Shown: piece by piece, positions 52,908-60,547 of the stretch
How the letters are laid out: each line of letters starts with the position of its first letter
Position numbering within the stretch: position 1 is the first letter of the stretch
From: a virus
Taxonomy: Duplodnaviria; Caudoviricetes
Virus record (IMG/VR): IMGVR_UViG_3300027112_000001
Span: 1-60,547 of that record
Length of the DNA stretch: 60,547 nucleotides
Direction: 5' to 3' (one strand)
The notes under the pieces: model-generated
Database searches by the model: none
Seen by the model: only the letters and a program-made list of their open reading frames with translations
What the model was told of the DNA's origin: nothing
Made by a program: the position numbers and the translations under genes

Positions 52908-54644
52908 CTAGATAGCCGTAGCTACGACTCCCTTGTTCAGCTTGTCGCGAATCTGGATCTCGACCTTGGTTTGATTCCGGGTCTCCTCGATCTGGTCCGC
53001 CATGGTCTTCAGGATTTCTTTCTGCGTCTCCAACTGACTCTTCGGGATATCGCGCTCGCCGGCAGTCGCAGTTTGGATTCGATTGAACACGCTGCTGGCG
53101 TCTTCGATCGTGGACTTGAATGGCTCGAGATCGATGTTCTTGGCCAGCTGCAAGATGGCGTCCTCGCGGCGACCGCGAGAAGCAGTCTCGTCCGTGTACA
53201 TGCTTCCCGTTGCGCCCATGCCGAGCATGTTGCCTGCTCCAAGCAACGTGCCGAAGCCTGTACCCTTCAGCGGATCCAGGAACCACTTTTGAACCGCCTG
53301 TCCCTGCAAGTCAGCCATAGAGAAGTTGATGTCCTTCAGGATGCTGCCACCGCCCATGCCTGCATTCGTGAACTGGTTGAACGCTCCGGAGCCCATCCGA
53401 ACAAACGCGTCGCGTACGCTTTCCTTAGTCTGTGGCCTGCCCGTAATGGCTCCCAGAGGGTTGGCTATCCCGCCTTGGATCAGATTGAACGCTTTCATGG
53501 CATCGGTGAAGCCACCAAACTCTTCGTGTATCGGCTTGAAGCCGAACATTCGCAGTGCGGAGCCCATGAACCCACCGCTCAAGAAGTCCTTCCCCTCGCC
53601 CATCATCCAGTTGTCGCTGCCCTTCAGCCCTTGCGGACCTACGGGTGCAGACCCGGAGAGGATACCAGCTAGGTCGGATCCCGCTTGGCCAGCCAACGCG
53701 GTCAAGAACGGCATCATCTCTGCGGTCTTGATCGCCATCTCTCCAAGCGCTCCGGCGAGCTTAGCGATCTCCTCTGCGAACTGACGAACCATGTCAGGGT
53801 TCATCTTGCTCATGAGGTTCGCGAAGTCCGTGCCCAGCTGATCTAGGATCGGGATCAGCTTCTCGCCTAGTGTAGCCGTGAATGCGTCGTACCATGGCAG
53901 CAGCGTGTCGCCTACTTGCTCGCGGAAGTTCTTCATGCCGAGCGTTAGATCAGCCTGCGCCTTGCCCGCTCCGCCCGTAGCCGTAGCCACGCCCTTGACG
54001 CCCACTTCCACCGCGTCGAGAATCACTCGTTGAGCCATGGCCGTCTCGCCAAGCTGAACCATGATCTTGAGCATGTCCTTCTGCTCTTCGGTGAAACGAA
54101 CGCCAGACTTGGCCAAACCATCGAGACCGGACTCGGGGTACTCAAGTGCCTTCGCGAGTTGCAGTGCGTTGCTCTCCAGAGTACCGAAGCCTAACGCGGT
54201 GGTGTCCAGGACTGCCTTGATCGCCCGATCAAAGTTCTCGCCCTTGACGCTAGGAAACGCGAGGACCTGCCCCATGACGGTTTTGATCTTGCCGTCGTCC
54301 ACGCGTGTGATTCGCTCGAGCTCGTCCGCCATCTGTTTCAGCTGCGGCACGCTGCGGCCAGCCGACGCACCCGTCGCCTGAATGACCGCGTGCAGCCTGG
54401 CGTCGATGGCCCGTCCCTCCATGGCCTCGCCGAGCGCTCCTTTGACGAAGCCTGTAATCGCCCGTAGGCCCGACTGAATCTGCTGCATGGCCTCCCTGCC
54501 GAGCCAGGTGGCAAACGCCGCTATGCCGATACTCCTAACCGTATTCGCCCAACCCTGCATCATCCCCTGGATGCCAGTTAGGCTTTGTCGGACCTGATTG
54601 AAGTCCGCCCCGAATACGATGTTGACGTCAGGTGTTCTTGACAT
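52908..54644 (-). CDS. Tape measure protein
   Basis: Ala/Gly-rich helical; 'QLAKALEYPESGLDGLAKSGVRFTEEQK' lambda-H-like segment; follows the chaperone. Confidence 0.85.
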   Translation of the reverse strand: MSRTPDVNIVFGADFNQVRQSLTGIQGMMQGWANTVRSIGIAAFATWLGREAMQQIQSGLRAITGFVKGALGEAMEGRAIDARLHAVIQATGASAGRSVPQLKQMADELERITRVDDGKIKTVMGQVLAFPSVKGENFDRAIKAVLDTTALGFGTLESNALQLAKALEYPESGLDGLAKSGVRFTEEQKDMLKIMVQLGETAMAQRVILDAVEVGVKGVATATGGAGKAQADLTLGMKNFREQVGDTLLPWYDAFTATLGEKLIPILDQLGTDFANLMSKMNPDMVRQFAEEIAKLAGALGEMAIKTAEMMPFLTALAGQAGSDLAGILSGSAPVGPQGLKGSDNWMMGEGKDFLSGGFMGSALRMFGFKPIHEEFGGFTDAMKAFNLIQGGIANPLGAITGRPQTKESVRDAFVRMGSGAFNQFTNAGMGGGSILKDINFSMADLQGQAVQKWFLDPLKGTGFGTLLGAGNMLGMGATGSMYTDETASRGRREDAILQLAKNIDLEPFKSTIEDASSVFNRIQTATAGERDIPKSQLETQKEILKTMADQIEETRNQTKVEIQIRDKLNKGVVATAI

Positions 54645-54645
54645 A

Positions 54646-54849
54646 TCAGAGGCTCGAATAGAACGCGGATAGTTCCTTCGCGTCCTTGAACGTAACTATG
54701 TTGCTGGTGTTGAGCCCGAAGACCGCTTCCAGCTGCGACAATGTGATGCGTCCTACGTTCTGGGGTTGTACTCCGCACCTAAGGATCAAGACTTCGGCGA
54801 TTTTTGCTCGGTCGAATTTCTCCGGCTTTTCGCCCTTCGAGACAAAGGG
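54646..54849 (-). other. -1 programmed frameshift extension (gpGT-like); slippery heptamer C CCT TTG at 54849-54843
   Basis: The -1 frame is open for 67 codons (PFVSKGEKPEKFDRAKIAEVLILRCGVQPQNVGRITLSQLEAVF...) and ends at a TGA one base before the tape-measure ATG. Confidence 0.75.
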
Positions 54850-55268
54850 GTCTCCTTGGTGGATGCCTCCTTGCCCATCACGTTGGCTCTGAGAAGCTCC
54901 AGCTTTGACAGCAGGGCTTTGGCCTTCTTTGCGTCAGAGATCCAGTTACGACACATCTCTAACGTCACCTCCGGGTGATTCCGGATGACCATGCGATAGA
55001 GTATCCGCGTGACCCCCGCTGGGTTGAGCAGCTTCAGGAAGTCCCCGCCGAAGATGTCGATACCTGCCGCTTCCGACGCAGCCATCCGTAGGATGCGATC
55101 GCCTTGGGCTTCGTTTGGAATACTGTTAGCCGCAGCGTTGCCCGCCTCGATCACTCGAGCCTTGAGCCACATCTCCAGCCATTCCAGATCTTCTAACTCC
55201 AGCGGTGAAAACTCGTACTCGACCCCGTCGCAAACGTGGCGGATGCCAGCGTGCGTTGCATTCCCCAT
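54786..55268 (-). CDS. Tail assembly chaperone (gpG-like)
   Basis: Between tail tube and tape measure; slippery site near the 3' end. Confidence 0.75.
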   Translation of the reverse strand: MGNATHAGIRHVCDGVEYEFSPLELEDLEWLEMWLKARVIEAGNAAANSIPNEAQGDRILRMAASEAAGIDIFGGDFLKLLNPAGVTRILYRMVIRNHPEVTLEMCRNWISDAKKAKALLSKLELLRANVMGKEASTKETPLSRRAKSRRNSTEQKSPKS

Positions 55269-56113
55269 TAGGTTGATCCTTCCCCGTAGTACTCATAGCC
55301 ACTTGGCAGCAAGATCTTACCCAGAGCACCTGGGTCTTGTTCTCGCAGTGCCGTCCAGATGCCACTAACCGTGTAACCGATGATCGGTGGTGGGTTCGAC
55401 GAGCGATCCACCTGGAAGTTCTGGTGAGCGTTCCAGACAATCGCGTCGAACTCGAAAAACAGCGTGGGCGTGACATACACCCGAACGCGGTTCGTGTTGT
55501 TGAGCTCGTACAACGCCACTTCCATATCGTCGTTGTGCACCTCGAAGCTGAGGTCCACTTCGAGGTTGCCGGTATCCCGCTCGGTCTCGCCATCCGCGAC
55601 CGACGTCGAGGCAGGGCGGCGGAATGCCAGCGTGATAGCCTGCACTCGCTCCACTTCCGTGAACGTGTCGCTGTCGAGCGTGCCCTCGATGGTGACCCTG
55701 CCGTTCTTGCCGGACGCAGCCGGCACGCGGGTCTCGTCATGGTACGTGTTCGTCGTGTTCTTCTCGAGGTGGCCCATGACACCGAAGTTCGCCGACCAGT
55801 TGATCGGCGTACCGGCGGAGACAGGGATGTTCAGCGTGACATCGCTGATGAGCACCTCGCCCTCGTAGTTCACTAGCTGGCCAGGCTTGGCTGACGCCAC
55901 GCCCGCGAACGCGAGTGGGTCTTCGCTAGGCATGGGGAAGTCGTAGCCCAGGCCTCGAACGAAGCCAGTCTCATCCAATACACCCTCTGTCGCACCGGAG
56001 GCACCCGGCACGCAGCTAGCGAAGTAACGAGCGACTGACGATTGACGGCCGAAGCCCCATGCTTGGGTGCAACCAATGCCTTCGACGTATGCGTATTTGC
56101 CAGAGCGTAACAT
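55268..56113 (-). CDS. Major tail (tube) protein
   Basis: Position; two-domain beta-rich 281 aa; no sheath gene seen. Confidence 0.6.
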   Translation of the reverse strand: MLRSGKYAYVEGIGCTQAWGFGRQSSVARYFASCVPGASGATEGVLDETGFVRGLGYDFPMPSEDPLAFAGVASAKPGQLVNYEGEVLISDVTLNIPVSAGTPINWSANFGVMGHLEKNTTNTYHDETRVPAASGKNGRVTIEGTLDSDTFTEVERVQAITLAFRRPASTSVADGETERDTGNLEVDLSFEVHNDDMEVALYELNNTNRVRVYVTPTLFFEFDAIVWNAHQNFQVDRSSNPPPIIGYTVSGIWTALREQDPGALGKILLPSGYEYYGEGST

Positions 56114-56114
56114 G

Positions 56115-56600
56115 TTAGTCCTCGGAAGTGAGGTCCTCGTCCGGAAAGTTCATATGTACGTTGATGTCCCAAAGGGCATCCCAGCCTTCGATTCCCCGAG
56201 CGATGGCCAAATCCAAGTCCGCTTGTATGCTAACTATCTCTACGTTCTGAATGAACGCGTGGTCCCGGTAGGTCAACGACTCCAGGACTAACGCGTCATA
56301 CTTCAGTGCGTGGATCGCTTGTATCATCCGCCACTGGGTGGGGAAGAACATGTAACCCACGCGGTCGTCGCCGGTCGATACCAGCAACGTGTAGGTCTGT
56401 ATAATCTCCGTCCCGCAGCTGGCATTACCGAGGTTGACCTGCGTCGCCGTCGGTCGTAGCTGCCATTCAGGGAAGTCCGCCTCTTCCCGCACGTCCGGCT
56501 CTGGGTCGCGAGAAGAGTTCCAAGAGATCAGCTTGAACTTGCGATCTTTTAGAACCTTCACCAAGCGATCATACACCAGGGTCAGCGGTTCCCGTGTCAC
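56115..56600 (-). CDS. Tail terminator-like protein
   Basis: Position and size between the neck gene and tail tube. Confidence 0.55.
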   Translation of the reverse strand: MTREPLTLVYDRLVKVLKDRKFKLISWNSSRDPEPDVREEADFPEWQLRPTATQVNLGNASCGTEIIQTYTLLVSTGDDRVGYMFFPTQWRMIQAIHALKYDALVLESLTYRDHAFIQNVEIVSIQADLDLAIARGIEGWDALWDINVHMNFPDEDLTSED

Positions 56601-57271
56601 TTAAGCTCCTGGGCTATAATCTTCTTAGCTGCGTTACCCATCCGCTTCATCTCTGGGTTGCCTGGTGTGGCAAAGATGATACGCTGCGGCAAATGACGCT
56701 TCTCGTTCCCTCGTTGATGGAAGCTCATTACGTCCCGAACTGTAACCCCGGTCGGTACCGTTAATGTGCGCTTGCTGTATTGGAACGACCCGTCTTTGTT
56801 CTTCTTGCCAGTCTTCTCGTAGTACGTTACCTTTCGGGTGTACTGAGCATCCGAGCCCATCGACACCGTGGCTACGAAAAGGGCACCGGACTTTTGTTTG
56901 GTAGGCCCGAGCTTCGCTACGTTAGGGTGTAGGTTCCGACGCAACAGGGCGGTGTCCACCAAGATAGCCGGTGGCTTAGGCGGCTTCGGCGTCTCGCCTG
57001 GCTTGAGTTTCTTCTTACGGCCAGGTCGCCGATTGGCGATCGTGCGAGGAGACAACTTCTTCCAGGCTCCCGTCGTGCGTTTGCTGTCGGGTTGATCGAC
57101 AGATCCGCCTCGGGAGGCCTGGGAGAAGCGACGTTGGGTGTAGGCAGAGTACATTCGCGACCACTGCTCCATGACCTTACTCATGACAGCAGGACTATTG
57201 AGAACCCTGGTTCGGAGAGCCTCTAATGCGCTGTCGCCGCGAATCCTAATTTGAACGTGAAAGTCTGCCAC
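56597..57271 (-). CDS. Virion morphogenesis / tail completion protein (Mu gpG-like)
   Basis: 'RRF', 'WKKLSPRT', 'ILVDTALLR', 'FHQRG...LPQR'. Confidence 0.75.
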   Translation of the reverse strand: MADFHVQIRIRGDSALEALRTRVLNSPAVMSKVMEQWSRMYSAYTQRRFSQASRGGSVDQPDSKRTTGAWKKLSPRTIANRRPGRKKKLKPGETPKPPKPPAILVDTALLRRNLHPNVAKLGPTKQKSGALFVATVSMGSDAQYTRKVTYYEKTGKKNKDGSFQYSKRTLTVPTGVTVRDVMSFHQRGNEKRHLPQRIIFATPGNPEMKRMGNAAKKIIAQELK

Positions 57272-57275
57272 ATCA

Positions 57276-58307
57276 CTATGAAGATGCGCCCGAGTAACCC
57301 TTGACCAGCAGCTTCGGCCGTTTGCAGATCATGAGCGGATTGGACTCGGTATGAATATCAATACCGGCGTTCCAATCCTTCATCTTCTGCATGGCGTACA
57401 CTTCCTTGCCCGGCGTGTTGATGTCGTCCATCGTGTTCGCTGGGGAGAAGTGTTGCTGGAAGAGATCCTCTACGCCCACTGGGTAGAAGTTCGCTTCGTC
57501 GGCCGCGAAGAAGTTCCGCGATCCGATCTTGCCTCGGTAGTTCTCGAACGTGATGTCACCGAACGTGACGGTGTTCGAGCCTCGGCCCATCGTGCCGGTG
57601 CCCTGCTGATCGATCGACCAGCGGTAGTTCGTCTGCTCGTTGTAGTTCGTCCGTACCTCTTCGTTGTTGACGAGGTTCTGGAAGAACGTGTTGCCGACGA
57701 ACGCGTGGATGTGGTCGTAGGTCTGGCCACCGAGGACTTCCTCGGTGAACTGGATGATCTCCAAGCAGACGGACTTGATGCCTTCGCCGCTGCCTTCCAG
57801 ATCGAAGTAGAACTCTTCCTGGGTCAGGCCGAGTGCGTCGAAGACATCCAGCAAGACCGTCGCGTCCTCGTCGGCGTCGATCAGCCGACCTTGGATCGCG
57901 TTGACTCGCCAGTACTCATGCGTGGCTTCGTGCGAACGACGCAGGCCGGTCAGCTTCTCCGTCATGAGCTCGCTGGCCGACACGAGTTGCTGCTCGCTGC
58001 CGTAGTGACGAATGCCGCTCAGGTCCTCCGCTTCGAGTGCGTCGTCGAAGGGAATGTAAGGGACATAGAACGGAATCAAGTCCCGGCGGTCCGCTGGCTT
58101 CTTGGTCGTTTCGCCAGACCGACGAGGCTTGGTCGGGATGAGCGAAATCGTCTCACCCTTTCGCTCGACTGCTACCGTGTAGCTTGTCGGATGCTTCGTT
58201 TCGAAAAGACCCATCGCCCCAATGCGTCGGGGGACGTAAGGAACGGTGTTGATGGCTTCCGTCAATGAAATAACACTGAAGGCGTCATCGTTGAAGATAT
58301 CGAGCAT
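57276..58307 (-). CDS. Major capsid protein (lambda gpE-like family)
   Basis: Start refined to MLDIFNDDAFSVISLTEAIN..PYVP; 'HEYWRVNAIQG', 'TESNPL.IC.RP'. Confidence 0.9.
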   Translation of the reverse strand: MLDIFNDDAFSVISLTEAINTVPYVPRRIGAMGLFETKHPTSYTVAVERKGETISLIPTKPRRSGETTKKPADRRDLIPFYVPYIPFDDALEAEDLSGIRHYGSEQQLVSASELMTEKLTGLRRSHEATHEYWRVNAIQGRLIDADEDATVLLDVFDALGLTQEEFYFDLEGSGEGIKSVCLEIIQFTEEVLGGQTYDHIHAFVGNTFFQNLVNNEEVRTNYNEQTNYRWSIDQQGTGTMGRGSNTVTFGDITFENYRGKIGSRNFFAADEANFYPVGVEDLFQQHFSPANTMDDINTPGKEVYAMQKMKDWNAGIDIHTESNPLMICKRPKLLVKGYSGASS

Positions 58308-58368
58308 CTGAGGAACTCCGAAGTAACAGTTGAATCGTATCCAGCGTGAATGGACCAGTAAGTTGGGC

Positions 58369-58782
58369 CTACGAATCGCGACCGCTCGTTGTGAACTCGA
58401 CCGGCTCGCGGACAAAGCGAACACCTTGGTTGCGAAGATCGAGCAGACGCGTGATGAGCTCGGCGTCCGTCTCGTCATCGTCAGCACGGACGATCTCGTC
58501 GAGGTTCAGCAGGGCGGGACCGCGCACGAGCACCGGTACCGACACCTCGCCGTCGCCAGCTTCGATCGTGATATTCTCCAGGCAGATAGCATCGGAGAAG
58601 GTCGGCTGCGAGCCAACGACCTCATCGGCAGCGGCAGGGTTGACGAGGATCTCGCCGATCTCGTACTCGCCCGTAGTGAGCTTGACCGCAGTGCGGGTGT
58701 ATCGCTTCTCGATCTCCCACAGAACAAGATCATGGACCTTCTTCTTGTCAACGACGGGAGTACCAGCTAATGGACGCGGCAT
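58369..58782 (-). CDS. Head decoration protein (lambda gpD-like)
   Basis: Between protease and capsid; 'DLVLWE...YTR', 'VLVRGPA', 'L..QGV'. Confidence 0.75.
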   Translation of the reverse strand: MPRPLAGTPVVDKKKVHDLVLWEIEKRYTRTAVKLTTGEYEIGEILVNPAAADEVVGSQPTFSDAICLENITIEAGDGEVSVPVLVRGPALLNLDEIVRADDDETDAELITRLLDLRNQGVRFVREPVEFTTSGRDS

Positions 58783-58834
58783 GTGATCTTCTCCGAAATA
58801 AAACTGACTGACTTGAGGTAACGAAGCCTAAGAG

Positions 58835-59860
58835 CTAGGCTCGCTTTTGAGATCGTTCCTTGGCTCGCTTCGCGGCCTCGATCATGGGGTTTTCTTTGCC
58901 GTTCTCGTCCTTGGACAGACGGATGACACTGCGGCCCACGTTCTGGATCGGCCGAGCTTCGGCGATCTTGCGGGCCTGCGCCACCATACGGTCGAACTCG
59001 GTCTCTCCGCTAGCGTTGTCTTCGCTGCTGAGGCTGAGGTCGCCAGTGATAGCATCGTCGGAGCAGTACGTCTTCTTCCACTCGTCGCCGAGGGCAGGCG
59101 TAAGCACGCGCTCCTTCACCAGGGAATCGATAACCGTTTCCCGCGACAGCTTGAACTGTCGGACCATGGCGGCTGGGAATGAAAGATTCAACGCAGGTTC
59201 CTCCACTTCTTCGAGGTTCTGAACCTCTTGGAGAATCAACCGCAACTGCTCGGGCTCGGATGAGCCTTCGGGAGCGGAGATGCCAAGAGCATCCAGGATC
59301 TTAGTAATGAGCTCGTTCATGCTGCCTCCGCCTTTGCCCTTAGATTTAGGTGCAGGCTCATCAGCGAGTTTCAGGCCGGACTGCGTATCGTAAGACAGCA
59401 CGACCGGACCCTTCCAATCTTCCAGACCAGGCACTACCGGGACGGAAGTAGCGGCGACGTGCCGCAGAGGATAAGAGTACGTCTTGCCTTTGCCATCGAC
59501 AAAGGACTTGGGGCACATGGCGGAGACATCCACGCGGGTGCACTTCTTCTTGGCATCCTCGTCGTGGAACTTCACCTTAATGAAGGTGGACATCACGCCG
59601 TCTTTGTTCGGCTTCTTCTGAAGGTCCAGAACCGTCCCGCGATCGTTGTCGGGATCTTCCACGTGCGTCTTGAAGAAAGGCACGCGGATCTTGGTCTTCT
59701 GGAACTGCTTGAACTGGGAGACCATGCGATCGAGGAACGGTTCCTTCACCTCGACGGTGACGGGTTTGTCGTTCTCAACCCACGGACAGATCTCGCCGAC
59801 GGGAAGTAGCTCCTTCTCCATCACGAGCGGATCAGCGGTCTTTTGCCAGGCTTGCGTCAT
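58835..59860 (-). CDS. Prohead protease/scaffold (Mu gpI-like)
   Basis: Between MuF and decoration; H ('KTH'), 'VSA', 'LRHVAATSVPVVPGL'; helical C-terminal scaffold. Confidence 0.75.
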   Translation of the reverse strand: MTQAWQKTADPLVMEKELLPVGEICPWVENDKPVTVEVKEPFLDRMVSQFKQFQKTKIRVPFFKTHVEDPDNDRGTVLDLQKKPNKDGVMSTFIKVKFHDEDAKKKCTRVDVSAMCPKSFVDGKGKTYSYPLRHVAATSVPVVPGLEDWKGPVVLSYDTQSGLKLADEPAPKSKGKGGGSMNELITKILDALGISAPEGSSEPEQLRLILQEVQNLEEVEEPALNLSFPAAMVRQFKLSRETVIDSLVKERVLTPALGDEWKKTYCSDDAITGDLSLSSEDNASGETEFDRMVAQARKIAEARPIQNVGRSVIRLSKDENGKENPMIEAAKRAKERSQKRA

Positions 59861-59900
59861 AAGAGGTTTAGTGAGCGGGGTAACTTATGTCAAAATAAAT

Positions 59901-60547
59901 TTACAATAAAAGTTCCGTGAAGTCCGTCTCGAATCCTGGATCGGGTGAGGCACCGGATGGGACCTTAGTTTGAGTAACCTCGTCGTCGTAAATAGCGACT
60001 GCTTGACACCGGCAGTTCCAGCCATTGGGTGGCCAGAACTGATCCCAGAACTCATCGTCCTTCTTTCGCTTGATCCCGTCGAGGACTTCGTGCTCCTCGC
60101 GGACTCGATCGTCGCCAACGGTCAAGTACTCAAAACCCCATACGTCCAAGTCGCCTTCGAAGCTGATGCGATGGGCGACGCCATATGCTATGGCCGAGTG
60201 CGTTCTGACTAGGGTCTCTATGTACCCAGTCGATCTAGGCTGCAACCCATGGCGACGAATCGCTTCGAGCATCTGAGCGACGCCCTGCTCCGTCGGTAGG
60301 TTCAGCTTCGTGACGTCGGCCAACGCATCGTTCATCACAGTCCGGATATCCGCCACGGACTTCTTGACTGCCTTCGACGACGTCGGGTAGAACCGCCTCT
60401 TGATGTTGCCTAGGTCTAGGTCGAACAGATCCGCTATGCGAGTGGCGTCCTCGAACACGGAGGCCAGCTTGAGGCTCTTGGCCATACTCCGCCGCTTGTT
60501 ACCTACCTTCAGCCGGAGCAGGTAGCTGTAGGCCATCACATTGGCCA
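59901..60547 (-). CDS. MuF-like head morphogenesis protein, 3' part
   Basis: 'ETLVRT', 'YLTVGDDRVREEH..LDG', 'FWPPNGWNCRC'. Confidence 0.9.
   Translation of the reverse strand, partial: ANVMAYSYLLRLKVGNKRRSMAKSLKLASVFEDATRIADLFDLDLGNIKRRFYPTSSKAVKKSVADIRTVMNDALADVTKLNLPTEQGVAQMLEAIRRHGLQPRSTGYIETLVRTHSAIAYGVAHRISFEGDLDVWGFEYLTVGDDRVREEHEVLDGIKRKKDDEFWDQFWPPNGWNCRCQAVAIYDDEVTQTKVPSGASPDPGFETDFTELLL
60449..60547. repeat. Terminal direct repeat, copy 2
   Basis: Identical to 1-99. Confidence 0.97.

Noticed and set aside
57276-58487. ORF-track starts for capsid, ligase, PAS, thioredoxin and others
   Set aside because: The extended N-termini overlap upstream genes; downstream ATGs with RBS or stop/start coupling fit better.
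59865-59910. Sigma70 promoter upstream of the protease (TTGACA with AT-rich upstream tract)
   Set aside because: The -10 at 17 bp is weak (TAAACC) and only 4 nt from the ATG. It may be a late promoter, but support is insufficient.
93-60276. Many long plus-strand ORFs (e.g. 2397-3422, 8586-9602, 52794-53672, 57351-58268)
   Set aside because: Antisense shadows of well-supported minus-strand genes in GC-rich DNA; no motifs recognised.
1-60547. tRNA, rRNA or alternative genetic code
   Set aside because: No cloverleaf or rRNA-like sequence noticed by eye, and genes tile densely under the standard code. A tRNAscan/Infernal run would be needed to exclude small RNAs.

Overview
The window is an apparently complete circular (or circularly permuted) dsDNA tailed-phage genome. 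Bases 1-99 repeat exactly at 60449-60547, giving a unit length of 60,448 bp. Essentially all credible genes are on the minus strand. Late region: phage sigma factor, a 1580-aa multi-enzyme polyprotein, terminase and Mu gp29-like portal. A ~12 kb block of exported/membrane genes follows (SNase, papain-like protease, thioredoxin, holin-like, PAS, fibre-like proteins). After that come MuF, protease/scaffold, decoration, major capsid, a siphovirus-type tail with a -1 frameshift chaperone, and a GT/radical SAM/MTase/GT cassette. Early/middle region: SNF2 helicase, SSB-like protein, primase-MCM-like fusion, PolA, ligase and a DNA hypermodification gene set. A Planctomycetota-like host is an inference (PEP-CTERM protein, Cys/Pro-rich exported proteins). 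Two candidate novel systems stand out. (1) A 'tagged polyprotein': five cargo modules (zincin protease, HipA/PI3K-like kinase, unknown, two ADP-ribosyltransferases) each begin with the same LxLA-FCxTGKGGG[IV]DxxC motif, which also heads a separate small gene between the terminase subunits. This suggests protease-released, capsid-targeted effectors. (2) A thymidine-hypermodification cluster in which an amino acid:DNA transferase and kinases sit with an amidinotransferase-fold enzyme and a sulfotransferase-fold enzyme, suggesting an undescribed modified base. All family calls are from motifs read by eye; no database searches were run.
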